This document shows positions 1 to 7,663 of a DNA stretch of 34,789 nucleotides, in pieces. Positions within the stretch are counted from its first letter, which is position 1. Each line of letters starts with the position of its first letter. The notes beneath the pieces were generated by a model. It did not search any database, had not been told where the DNA came from, and was given only the letters and a program-made list of their open reading frames with translations. The stretch comes from a virus, in IMG/VR virus record IMGVR_UViG_3300050505_000049, positions 1 through 34,789 of that record; one strand, 5' to 3'. The position numbers and the translations under genes are program-made.

Positions 1-93
1 TTTGCAACCGCTGGCAAAGAGATTATTGATTCTGAACTGGCCGAAAATCGTAAACAACGACTAGCTTACCTCATGGAGAGAGGAACATTATGA
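1..93 (+). CDS. C-terminal end of the endolysin gene that starts at 34433 (wraps across the window junction)
   Basis: Frame 1 from base 1 reads FATAGKEIIDSELAENRKQRLAYLMERGTL and stops at TGA 91-93. Bases 1-24 duplicate 34766-34789, and the frame is continuous with the open reading frame 34433-34789. Confidence 0.8.
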   Translation, partial: FATAGKEIIDSELAENRKQRLAYLMERGTL

Positions 94-401
94 AATTCAA
101 AGAGCTTATGCCGTTTTTGCTCAAAGGCGCACCACTACTCGCTTCCGCTCTAGGCTCACCCGCCGCAGGAATGGTCACGGGTTTGGTTGCCTCAGCTTTC
201 AACGCTGACCCTCACGATATGTTGAATCTTCAACGCACAATATCGACTGACCCCGACAGCGAAGAAAAGTTAAAACAGCTTGAATGTGACCACGGTGATA
301 CGATTAAGAGTTTGCTATTTGATCGCTCGCCTTCTAAAATCGACCTACATATCATTGTTCACTATAACGACACGGAGAGTCTCAATGAGCAACAAGCCTG
401 A
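90..401 (+). CDS. Membrane protein directly after the endolysin; candidate holin-type lysis protein
   Basis: 103-aa ORF. Its ATG overlaps the endolysin stop (ATGA at 90-93). The N-terminal hydrophobic stretch LLKGAPLLASALGSPAAGMVTGLVASAF is followed by a hydrophilic tail. The function is inferred from position only. Confidence 0.5.
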   Translation: MKFKELMPFLLKGAPLLASALGSPAAGMVTGLVASAFNADPHDMLNLQRTISTDPDSEEKLKQLECDHGDTIKSLLFDRSPSKIDLHIIVHYNDTESLNEQQA

Positions 402-687
402 AAATGAAAAATCGGCAGCCCCATCACCCGAAGAAATTAAACGTTTAGCGTCTGAAAAAGTCGCCAAAATCGAAGCGGAGCAAGAAACGCAGCGATTGGT
501 TGACGAAGAAGTTAAACGCCAGTTAGCCGCTAAGAAAGAAACCAAGCGTCTAGCCGAAGAAGCCGTGAACACTGAAAATAAAAACAAGCTTCTTTCAGAA
601 ATTCGCAAGAAACATGGTGGAACTATGCGTATTGTGAATAATCGCTATAGCGCCGATTCAAAGCCGCTTTACATTGATAAGGGGTAA
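385..687 (+). CDS. Hypothetical K/E-rich coiled-coil-like protein
   Basis: Internal ATG at 385 of the 280-687 ORF, preceded by GGAGAG. The start at 280 would overlap most of the previous gene. The product begins MSNKPENEKSAAPSPEEIKRLASEK and is charged and repetitive. Confidence 0.6.
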   Translation: MSNKPENEKSAAPSPEEIKRLASEKVAKIEAEQETQRLVDEEVKRQLAAKKETKRLAEEAVNTENKNKLLSEIRKKHGGTMRIVNNRYSADSKPLYIDKG

Positions 688-893
688 TGACCATGAAAGA
701 AAAAACTTACGGGCGTGGCGATCACGCTAACAAAGCAGGTTACCAAGGTTCTGGTGGTTCTGTTGAATTAACACAAGGCTCTTTAGGTGCTGGCAAAGGC
801 AGTACTGTAAGAAGCAAAGCGCCAATCTATGATACGTATGGAGAGGTGTTGAGTGTTAAAACAGGGCATCAAGAAGTGGGTAGCAAGATATAA
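687..893 (+). CDS. Hypothetical Gly-rich small protein
   Basis: 68-aa ORF with a TAATG stop/start overlap to the previous gene and AAGGGG upstream. Confidence 0.55.
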   Translation: MTMKEKTYGRGDHANKAGYQGSGGSVELTQGSLGAGKGSTVRSKAPIYDTYGEVLSVKTGHQEVGSKI

Positions 894-912
894 TTTTAAG
901 AGTCCAAGCGAA

Positions 913-944
913 AGGGGTGTCGTCTCCCACCCCTCTAGTTTTTT
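913..944. terminator. Hairpin between convergent genes, possible bidirectional terminator
   Basis: Stem AGGGGTG (913-919) pairs with CACCCCT (928-934) around an 8-nt loop. CTAG then TTTTTT follows on the + strand. It sits between the + gene ending at 893 and the - gene ending at 943. The T-run is 4 nt from the stem, so strength is uncertain. Confidence 0.4.
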
Positions 945-1197
945 ACTTCACAAAATGCAATAGCGTTTGCAAGCCAATTAATAAACTCACACTGCCTACC
1001 GTCATTTTTAAATACAAAGAGCTTAATTTCATTTCTAGGGTTAACAAATCCTGTTTTGTAGCTAGCTGGTTATCCATAAGACCCCCTAATATTTCTGCCG
1101 TTGCCTCTGCCTGAACCTCTGCGAGTCTCGCGTCAGCTCCCGCAGCTTTCAGTCTATTGGCAAAAGCTAAGGTGTCAAAGGTTGCGTGTGCCATCAT
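943..1197 (-). CDS. DUF1640-like coiled-coil protein
   Basis: Start taken at the ATG at 1197, with GAGG 5 nt upstream and no overlap with the upstream stop at 1209. The product MMAHATFDTLAFANRLKAAGADARLAEVQAEATAEILGG...LATKQDLLTLEMKL resembles the DUF1640 pattern from memory, with a hydrophobic C-terminus. Confidence 0.6.
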   Translation of the reverse strand: MMAHATFDTLAFANRLKAAGADARLAEVQAEATAEILGGLMDNQLATKQDLLTLEMKLSSLYLKMTVGSVSLLIGLQTLLHFVK

Positions 1198-1208
1198 GTT
1201 TACCTCAG

Positions 1209-1388
1209 TTACAATTGCCACTTTGAATGATCGCCTTTTTGGTGATCTTCAAGGTGAGTGATAAAGGAGTTCTCCAAGAACTCCACCTTTTTTTCTAACA
1301 GTTGAATGATTGTGGTAAGGGTTTTAAACGAAGATTCCACGTACTCAATGTATTTGATTAATTCCTCATTTGCTTTGCTGGACATCAT
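1209..1388 (-). CDS. Hypothetical small protein
   Basis: ATGATG start at 1388 overlaps the upstream TGA (ATGA overlap). The product begins MMSSKANEELIKYIEYVESSFKTL. Confidence 0.55.
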   Translation of the reverse strand: MMSSKANEELIKYIEYVESSFKTLTTIIQLLEKKVEFLENSFITHLEDHQKGDHSKWQL

Positions 1389-1720
1389 TTGTTTACCATC
1401 CTGTACACAGTTTCGCTCAATTGTTCGCAATAAATATCGTACAAATCTTCAATATCCACATGCTCGTCAGTCACTCTTTTTAGGCGGTAGCAAATAACGG
1501 TGTAGGTATCGTTTGGCTCTAAAATTACCTTCACATATTGGCGCTTAGAACTATGATTAACACGGAACTGTACGCCTTTTTTTGGAGAGTCAAACCCAAG
1601 CAGTTTATATTCTCTCGCGCCACACGCCATTAATACTTGTGCCCCTATCTGTTTGCGTATGATAGCAGCACATTGTTGCATTTCGTCTATATCTTCGTAA
1701 CTATGTTCACGTATTTGCAT
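1385..1720 (-). CDS. Hypothetical protein, first gene of the leftward 3-gene cassette
   Basis: 111-aa ORF. GAGG lies about 9 nt upstream of the ATG at 1720, and the gene is downstream of a near-consensus promoter. Confidence 0.65.
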   Translation of the reverse strand: MQIREHSYEDIDEMQQCAAIIRKQIGAQVLMACGAREYKLLGFDSPKKGVQFRVNHSSKRQYVKVILEPNDTYTVICYRLKRVTDEHVDIEDLYDIYCEQLSETVYRMVNK

Positions 1721-1756
1721 TGTCGTAACCTCGCTGGTTAGTTAATATGAGCTGTT

Positions 1757-1793
1757 ACTATAACCAATCGTTATATAGTTGTCAACAACCTTT
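1757..1793 (-). promoter_or_regulatory. Sigma70-type promoter P1 for the 1720-943 cassette
   Basis: On the - strand the elements are TTGACA (1785-1780), a 17-nt spacer and TATAGT (1762-1757). The upstream block AAAGGTTGTTGACA (1793-1780) is identical to the one at 29351-29338. The spacer contains the palindrome TATAAC-CAATC-GTTATA. Confidence 0.6.
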
Positions 1794-1836
1794 TGTTATA
1801 TTCTTGAAAAGGTGCCACCCTTTTCAGTATTGACTT

Positions 1837-1865
1837 TTGCACTAAATGCGTTTAAGCGGCATAAT
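1837..1865 (+). promoter_or_regulatory. Candidate promoter for the long rightward (late/structural) operon
   Basis: TTGCAC (1837-1842), 17-nt spacer, CATAAT (1860-1865). A perfect 8-bp hairpin TCATTCAA-GGA-TTGAATGA (1875-1893) follows. The -35 form TTGCA(C/A) is the same as in the capsid promoter at 8430. Confidence 0.45.
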
Positions 1866-1949
1866 GTTTTCAAATCATTCAAGGATTGAATGAAAAATCA
1901 TGGGGCGCAGGTTATAAACCTGAATTAACCAGGAAGGATTGCTCATTAA

Positions 1950-2420
1950 ATGGCCAAACACGAGTTTAAACCAGGCAATAACATGAACCCTCATGGCAGA
2001 CCTAAAGGCTCTGGTAGCCGTCAAAGGTTCTTCCGTGAGATGGTTGAGCCACGCAAAGATAAGCTAATCAACAAAGCCCTTGAGCTTGCCGAATCAGGCA
2101 ACGAAGCTATGTTGCGTCTGTTCCTCGAACGCATGTTGCCCCCACGTCATCAACCAGAGAACCTCGAAATCAAAGGCGAAACGCCCTCTGGCACCATTGA
2201 TAATTTAATCGAGTATATGAACACGGGCGACATAACCCCTGACGATGCGTCAAAGATTGCCGCCATTGTGCATAAAGATGCTGAAATTATTAACCAAGAG
2301 ATTATGATAGGGAAATTGTCAAGCCTTGAATCGAAGCTGGACGCAACGAACAAGGCCAACATCAACCTAAACACGGAAAGTATAGGGAGCGCCGACGATG
2401 GTAAAGAAATGGATAAGTGA
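1950..2420 (+). CDS. DUF5681-like protein, possible small terminase subunit
   Basis: 156-aa ORF. The N-terminal motif KPGNNMNPHGRPKGSG matches the GNPxGRPKG signature I associate with DUF5681 and small-terminase-like phage proteins. It is the first gene of the structural operon. Confidence 0.6.
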   Translation: MAKHEFKPGNNMNPHGRPKGSGSRQRFFREMVEPRKDKLINKALELAESGNEAMLRLFLERMLPPRHQPENLEIKGETPSGTIDNLIEYMNTGDITPDDASKIAAIVHKDAEIINQEIMIGKLSSLESKLDATNKANINLNTESIGSADDGKEMDK

Positions 2421-2592
2421 TGCAATTAACCCAAAGCACAAAGGGGCGTTACGCAAGAAGTTAGGCGCAAAGAAGGGCGAACCAATCCCAGCGGCGAAAC
2501 TCAAGAAAGCGGAACACTCCCGCAATCCAACGACAGCGCGACAAGCTCGCATGGCTGCTACTCTCAAGAAATTACACAAAGGCAAGAAGTGA
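2398..2592 (+). CDS. Small basic protein
   Basis: 64-aa ORF with GGGAGC upstream and a 23-nt overlap with the previous gene. Lys/Arg-rich (KHKGALRKKLGAKKGEPIPAAKLKKAEHS). Confidence 0.6.
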   Translation: MVKKWISDAINPKHKGALRKKLGAKKGEPIPAAKLKKAEHSRNPTTARQARMAATLKKLHKGKK

Positions 2593-2661
2593 TAAGGGCA
2601 ATAATCAAGCGCTATGGTGGCGTATTGATGTCATTAGCAAAGAAGTAAGGAGCTTAACGTA

Positions 2662-2916
2662 ATGGATTATGATTTTAGCGGATTGTGTGCAGACCAACTC
2701 GAACGTTTAGCCAAGCGGCTCGAATCTCTCAAGAAAACATTTATCAAAGACTATGCCTTCGCATTGAATATCATCAACAACCCAGAAGCCAACGAGAAGC
2801 GCGGCGAGATCAAGGTGCAGGTTGACGACATCCTTAACGATGTGGCTAACAAGTCGGTGATCTTCTACACCGAAGCCATGAACAAAGTACAGCGCGTACT
2901 TAGGGAACATGTATGA
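2662..2916 (+). CDS. Hypothetical protein
   Basis: 84-aa ORF with AAGGAG 7 nt upstream of the ATG. Confidence 0.65.
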   Translation: MDYDFSGLCADQLERLAKRLESLKKTFIKDYAFALNIINNPEANEKRGEIKVQVDDILNDVANKSVIFYTEAMNKVQRVLREHV

Positions 2917-3002
2917 CAACATTTTTATTATGTAGCGCAAGTTTTTTATTAGGGTATGTGGTATCAGGTGCAATTTTCTTTTTACATAAACCAAAGAGGT
3001 AA
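2913..3002 (+). CDS. 29-aa hydrophobic mini-protein (below the ORF-track cutoff)
   Basis: The ATG at 2913 overlaps the previous stop (ATGA). It translates to MTTFLLCSASFLLGYVVSGAIFFLHKPKR, a single TM-like segment with a basic tail. It ends 2 nt before the next ATG and fills an otherwise empty 88-nt gap. Confidence 0.4.
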   Translation: MTTFLLCSASFLLGYVVSGAIFFLHKPKR

Positions 3003-3004
3003 GC

Positions 3005-3232
3005 ATGAAAACGTTACGCATCAAAGATGATTTAGTGATCGTGTTAGACAAAGTGCAAGGTGTAAACCTATTCAAAGCTGCAACTGTACAAAGTCCAGAG
3101 GGTCAACCAATCGAACAGAAAGCCAAAGTTTCTATTTTATTGGGCGCAATGAACATTACTTTCGATTACGAGAATGATGACCACGCACAGGCCAACTACA
3201 ATTTAATCCTACAAGCATTATCGGAGGCGTAA
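3005..3232 (+). CDS. Hypothetical protein
   Basis: 75-aa ORF with AGAGG upstream. Confidence 0.65.
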   Translation: MKTLRIKDDLVIVLDKVQGVNLFKAATVQSPEGQPIEQKAKVSILLGAMNITFDYENDDHAQANYNLILQALSEA

Positions 3233-3235
3233 CCC

Positions 3236-3394
3236 ATGAAAAAAGCCATGAAGAAACCAGCAAGAGTCGTGAAGAAAGTAGCGAAGAAGGTGGAAAAAAA
3301 AAGAGAGAAGGGCGACGAGTACGCAAAACCTTCTAAGAAAATGAAGTCGAGCGCCGCGGGAAGTCTCCGTGATCGCATCACAGAGTCAAAGTAG
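3236..3394 (+). CDS. 52-aa lysine-rich protein (below the ORF-track cutoff)
   Basis: ATG at 3236, 3 nt after the previous stop. The product is MKKAMKKPARVVKKVAKKVEKKREKGDEYAKPSKKMKSSAAGSLRDRITESK, with stop TAG at 3392-3394, 2 nt before the next ATG. The gene contains an A9 run. Confidence 0.5.
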   Translation: MKKAMKKPARVVKKVAKKVEKKREKGDEYAKPSKKMKSSAAGSLRDRITESK

Positions 3395-3396
3395 TT

Positions 3397-3687
3397 ATGG
3401 CGGTGAAAGATATAACCCAAGAGGTTAAGGAAATGCGCGAAACGATTGCGGCGTATGAGGCGCAAGATAATGTGAACCATCCAAAACATTATAATTCCTC
3501 ACCTGCAATCTGTGAGTGCGGGCGGCGTATCGAGTGTATTGATATTACGCGGCACATGAATTTCAACATCGGCAACGCTGTGAAATACTTGTGGCGTTAT
3601 CTTAATAAAGGCGGTCTTGAAGATTTGAAAAAGGCTCGCTGGTACATTGAAGATCATATCAAGCACTGGGGTAACACCGTATCATAA
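3397..3687 (+). CDS. DUF3310-family phage protein
   Basis: The motifs HPKHY ... IECIDI ... FNIGNAVKYLWRYLNKGGLEDLKKARWYIE match the DUF3310 signature as I remember it. Confidence 0.8.
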   Translation: MAVKDITQEVKEMRETIAAYEAQDNVNHPKHYNSSPAICECGRRIECIDITRHMNFNIGNAVKYLWRYLNKGGLEDLKKARWYIEDHIKHWGNTVS

Positions 3688-3705
3688 AACAATAGGGGAT
3701 AGAGC

Positions 3706-4140
3706 ATGGCGTTAGAAGGCGAAGTGATGACGATACACCAAAAGATTGCAGAGGCGCACAAGAAGCACTCTGACGATTATTTGGGTACGAACTCAAAGCA
3801 AATGAAAACCTACGATGCTCCGAAGATGTCTGACATTGAGCAAATCAAACAGATGTTGCAATACATCCTTGATAAGCTTCACGGCATGGATACCTTCTTG
3901 CGAACCTTTGAAGGTAGACCGCGGCAACATAACACTGTGAACGGTGAAACTGTTAAGCCCGAAGTTATCCCAAAGGAAATTGTAGAGAAGGCAAAAGAAA
4001 TCTCTAGCGAAGTCAAGGAGGCGTTAGCCAGTGGCAAACCCAACGTGTCAGGATTGCAAGGGAACGGGGGAAATAGAGACGGAAACCGTAGTGATGGGGC
4101 GAACCCGATACGACAAGGAACTCCGCCATCTCGTAGTTGA
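3706..4140 (+). CDS. Hypothetical protein
   Basis: 144-aa ORF with GGGGATAGAG upstream and a Gly/Asn/Arg-rich C-terminus. Confidence 0.65.
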   Translation: MALEGEVMTIHQKIAEAHKKHSDDYLGTNSKQMKTYDAPKMSDIEQIKQMLQYILDKLHGMDTFLRTFEGRPRQHNTVNGETVKPEVIPKEIVEKAKEISSEVKEALASGKPNVSGLQGNGGNRDGNRSDGANPIRQGTPPSRS

Positions 4141-4187
4141 TTGTCAAGGCAAAGGGGATTGGGCTATGACTCAATGCCCCTGTGTAG

Positions 4188-4466
4188 GTGAAGAAGATGA
4201 AAATTAAATTAGTTTGTTACACGGGAACTATAGAAAGCTTTAATCAAATGGTTGAGGATTTAGAACTATCAGGTTATACCGATGATTATATTTTTTTAGA
4301 TGAAAAATTTAATCAATGCAGTCGATTTACAGGGATTGTAAAAATAGGTGATTTGATTATGCGAGCTGGCGATCATTATACGGTTAAGCTTAAGGACGAG
4401 CATGATAGCGATATTCCTGTTTTACAACAAGGCGCTGGGAAAACAAACGAAGTGGAATTTCAATAA
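4188..4466 (+). CDS. Hypothetical protein in an AT-rich segment
   Basis: 92-aa ORF. The start is either GTG at 4188 or ATG at 4197. The DNA is visibly more AT-rich than the flanks: I count 17 G/C in the first 60 nt. Confidence 0.55.
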   Translation: MKKMKIKLVCYTGTIESFNQMVEDLELSGYTDDYIFLDEKFNQCSRFTGIVKIGDLIMRAGDHYTVKLKDEHDSDIPVLQQGAGKTNEVEFQ

Positions 4467-4602
4467 GGAGTTTTTGCATTGTCATGTGGCTTGCTGTAAC
4501 GATGGTGTTAATTTTATTCTGTTTGAGCTTACCTCCAACGGCATAGATCACCATATTGCGCCAACCACAAAAGCAACAACTTTTATACGCAATGTCAAGA
4601 GG

Positions 4603-4815
4603 ATGGAACATTTAATAGGCATTGTTGCGGTATCAGTAAACGAGCCACCCAAGATGAAGTGGCGGCCACTTTGGATAAGATCATGCAATGAGCTTTCCCG
4701 TTATGTGGCAGGGGTTGACATAGGCTTAACGTGGAACCCTATTCACCTGTATAATAAATTGTTACAGTATGACGGTAAACGGAATTACGAAGTTTTACAT
4801 CATTGGAGGCGTTGA
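4603..4815 (+). CDS. Hypothetical protein, start very uncertain
   Basis: This is the only long frame covering 4467-4815 on the operon strand. ATG at 4603 (MEHLIGIVAVS...) is the first ATG after the previous gene; TTG 4474 and GTG 4486 are alternatives. The ORF ends 3 nt before the next gene. Confidence 0.3.
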   Translation: MEHLIGIVAVSVNEPPKMKWRPLWIRSCNELSRYVAGVDIGLTWNPIHLYNKLLQYDGKRNYEVLHHWRR

Positions 4816-4818
4816 AAA

Positions 4819-5118
4819 ATGGGATTTTTCGACAGCGACGATGAACCGACACCAGGAAGTGATGCGGTTCAGCAACAGATTGCACAGAATCAAGAACAGC
4901 TTGAGGAGAAACGAAAGTCTCTTTATGCTCAACGTCTGGACATTATTAGAACACAAGGCGGCCAGAACTGGACGCCACAAAAGCCCACTGTCGCACCGAC
5001 ACCACGAATGCCATTCGCTTTCCCGTGGGGCAAGATGCCCGCTTATGGGGGAATCCTCGATACTGCTTTAGGGCAGAATAGAGGCGGCGTTATAGGGAAA
5101 CAACCAACTGTTAGCTAA
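4819..5118 (+). CDS. Hypothetical protein upstream of the portal gene
   Basis: 99-aa ORF with GGAGG upstream. The N-terminus is acidic and the C-terminal half is Pro/Gly-rich. Confidence 0.65.
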   Translation: MGFFDSDDEPTPGSDAVQQQIAQNQEQLEEKRKSLYAQRLDIIRTQGGQNWTPQKPTVAPTPRMPFAFPWGKMPAYGGILDTALGQNRGGVIGKQPTVS

Positions 5119-5129
5119 GGATAGCGCCA

Positions 5130-6698
5130 ATGGACTTTTATAAGCTGTACGCAAGATTCAATGAAACGAAGCAGTATAAAGACCGCTGGCTTGCGCTATA
5201 CAAAAATCTTTATTTCTATGTCATCCCTGACCGAGACGCATTTAATGTGAAGTGGAACTATCGTGACGATGGTAAACCAACCACCGTTCAGATTTGGGAT
5301 AACACTGCAATGTTGGCCGCGTACCAACGAGCGAACGATTTACACGCATTGCTTCTACCCAAGGATAGGGTGTGGGGCAAGATGGTATTAGACCCGCATT
5401 TATTTGAACCTGCGGCCATTGAACAAGCACAAGGAACAGTCGATGAAGTCAACGAGCGAATTTTATTTTACCTTAATCAATCGAATCTTGCGCGTATCGT
5501 GTCTAGCAGTAATCTTGATCTTGTTGGTGGAACTGGCGCTATTTGGGTCGAGTCTATTGACGACAACACCCCTCTTTACTTCCGATCAATCCCCGCTGTT
5601 GCTTTGTACATCGAATACTCAACTGATGATGTCCTAAATACATGCTGGTATCAGTGCAAGATGACAGGGCGACAAATCCTTGAGACGTTCCCGAACTATC
5701 GCGGCACTGGCAAAGCGACATGCTCTGGCGCACCTGACGATATCTTCATGGTGATGTACGGGCAAATTAAAATGGCTGAGGACAAATTTTATTTATATGC
5801 AGTGCTTGAGATCGACCCCTTCACACCGATGTGGGAGACAGAGCGTGGATATAATCAAATTATTATTTATCGTGATCGCGTTCGCCCTGGCGAGTCTGAT
5901 GGGCGTGGCATTGGGATTGACCTTTTGCCTACAATTCAGGATTTAAACCGAATCGTGGCTTATGATCGAATGAGCCAAGCGTTTAAAGCAAACCCTCCGA
6001 TGTTCTATGACAATGATGCGTACTTCAACCCGTACAGCGTTCGTCAATGGGCAGGTGCAATGATTGCTAGAAAGCCGATGGCGCGCAATCCGCTTGAAGC
6101 TTTACAGATGCCGACCTATCCCGACACATTACAAACCATCCTTCATTTGCAGGATGTCATCATGAAAGGCTTTCAGGTTGACCCATTGGGTGAAGTTAAT
6201 ACGCCTGTTAAGTCTGCAACCGAGGTTTCTATACGTGAGAATCGCGCGCAACGAACGTCTGCGACTGACATTAGCCGCTTGATTAACGAATTGCCGCGAC
6301 AAATTTATGAAGTGTCAGCAAAGATTCTAGCTGAACGCAGACTGCTAACCAAAGATCGTTCTATCGGTGCTATCAACACGAAACGTTTTCGTTTTGACTT
6401 CCAATCACCGCTCTACGATTTACAAAAACAAGATGACCTTAACCACTTCATTACAAACTTACAGGTTAAGCAACAGTTCTTTGGTCAAGGCGCTGCAATG
6501 GCGACAGTTGATTTACCCACAGCAAATCAATTCTTAACTGACAAGCTCAACTTACCATCGAAACTATTTGTGACCTCAGATCAATTGAAACAATACATTC
6601 AGTTGGCAGCGCAGCAAGCACAACAAGCGGCATTACCGTCGCCGTCTACCGCTGCGGGCAAAGTTAATTTCCCTCAACAATCGCAGGTACAGTTCTAA
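5130..6698 (+). CDS. Portal (head-tail connector) protein
   Basis: The 522-aa length is close to T7-type connectors. It sits directly upstream of the scaffold and major capsid genes, in T7-like order. No HMM search was possible. Confidence 0.7.
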   Translation: MDFYKLYARFNETKQYKDRWLALYKNLYFYVIPDRDAFNVKWNYRDDGKPTTVQIWDNTAMLAAYQRANDLHALLLPKDRVWGKMVLDPHLFEPAAIEQAQGTVDEVNERILFYLNQSNLARIVSSSNLDLVGGTGAIWVESIDDNTPLYFRSIPAVALYIEYSTDDVLNTCWYQCKMTGRQILETFPNYRGTGKATCSGAPDDIFMVMYGQIKMAEDKFYLYAVLEIDPFTPMWETERGYNQIIIYRDRVRPGESDGRGIGIDLLPTIQDLNRIVAYDRMSQAFKANPPMFYDNDAYFNPYSVRQWAGAMIARKPMARNPLEALQMPTYPDTLQTILHLQDVIMKGFQVDPLGEVNTPVKSATEVSIRENRAQRTSATDISRLINELPRQIYEVSAKILAERRLLTKDRSIGAINTKRFRFDFQSPLYDLQKQDDLNHFITNLQVKQQFFGQGAAMATVDLPTANQFLTDKLNLPSKLFVTSDQLKQYIQLAAQQAQQAALPSPSTAAGKVNFPQQSQVQF

Positions 6699-7042
6699 TG
6701 GCTGACAAAGCAACGATGTTATTTAGAGAAGGCAAGATCAATAAATTTGAATATGACACATACATTTTATTTGAAGGCACAGACTTAGGTCGTGCCTACT
6801 TATCAAATGTTTTATTTTCCGTTGTGATGGAGGAACCAGTAAGCGGACGCGGTACAGATTACGCGAAAGCGGATGGTCGCCGTTCATGCTGGCGGGAAAT
6901 TAAAAATGTTGTCTCACACGTTGATAAACTAATAGAGGACTATGGGAATGTCGCTAACAGAAACGCTAACGCCGAAAGAACCGTCGCCAACCAATTCGGA
7001 GTCGAACCAATCCGAACCTTCACCCACCCTGACTTTGGTTGA
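6698..7042 (+). CDS. Hypothetical protein between portal and scaffold
   Basis: 114-aa ORF with a TAATG overlap to the portal stop. Confidence 0.6.
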   Translation: MADKATMLFREGKINKFEYDTYILFEGTDLGRAYLSNVLFSVVMEEPVSGRGTDYAKADGRRSCWREIKNVVSHVDKLIEDYGNVANRNANAERTVANQFGVEPIRTFTHPDFG

Positions 7043-7661
7043 ACCCAAGCTCTATGCGGGGAAGTACAAATCGGTTGAGGAGCTAGAGGAAGCGTACAAA
7101 GCTAGTGAACGATTCATTGGCGAGAACACGACGCTTAAAAAGCAAATCGAACAGCACACCAAAGTGCCTGACGATTACGAAGTGCCAGCCGATATTGCAA
7201 TGCGCGAATCTGAGATTGCCGAGCTTAAATCTATTGCGCGTAATGCAGGGCTTAACCAAGAGCAATTTGTCAAGACAGCAAAGGATATGCAGAACCGAAT
7301 CAGTTATCAACTGTCCACTTTTGAGCAAGCAAAGCAAGAGTTAGGCGAAGCAAACCTAAATGTTTTGACGGATTACGTTACAAAGAATTACCCTGAAAGA
7401 CTCAGGGAGCATGTTTTACATAAACTCATAAAGGACAAAGACGCTATGTCAGACGCAATGAAGCACAGAGAATCAATTTTAAATACTCAAGCCCCAGGAA
7501 TGGATAGCGGCAACGCTGGCAAACCTGAGAAGTTTGACGGTGAAAAAGATTTGAAGGCCGCAGCCGCCGCCTATCATAAAAACCCACGCGATAAGGAAGC
7601 CCAAAAGCGCTATGTCAATTTGGCTGCCGAAGTGGGTAACGAGCGATTTGGCCGCAAATAG
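6948..7661 (+). CDS. Capsid scaffolding protein (putative)
   Basis: ATG at 6948 lies 8 nt after GAGGA; ATG 6942 is an alternative. An S/T/P/E-rich N-terminus is followed by KLYAGKYKSVEELEEAYKASE and long charged helical sequence. It lies between the portal and the major capsid gene. Confidence 0.6.
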   Translation: MSLTETLTPKEPSPTNSESNQSEPSPTLTLVEPKLYAGKYKSVEELEEAYKASERFIGENTTLKKQIEQHTKVPDDYEVPADIAMRESEIAELKSIARNAGLNQEQFVKTAKDMQNRISYQLSTFEQAKQELGEANLNVLTDYVTKNYPERLREHVLHKLIKDKDAMSDAMKHRESILNTQAPGMDSGNAGKPEKFDGEKDLKAAAAAYHKNPRDKEAQKRYVNLAAEVGNERFGRK

Positions 7662-7663
7662 TT

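Noticed and set aside
1806-1825. 7-bp hairpin GAAAAGG-tgccac-CCTTTTC considered as a terminator
   Set aside because: There is no U-tract after the stem on either strand, and it lies upstream of both divergent promoters. It may be structural or accidental.
4390-4611. 73-aa - strand ORF, plus the + strand ORF 4769-5071
   Set aside because: The - strand ORF opposes the operon and overlaps the 3' end of 4188-4466. The 4769-5071 ORF is an alternate frame across the RBS-supported 4819-5118 gene.
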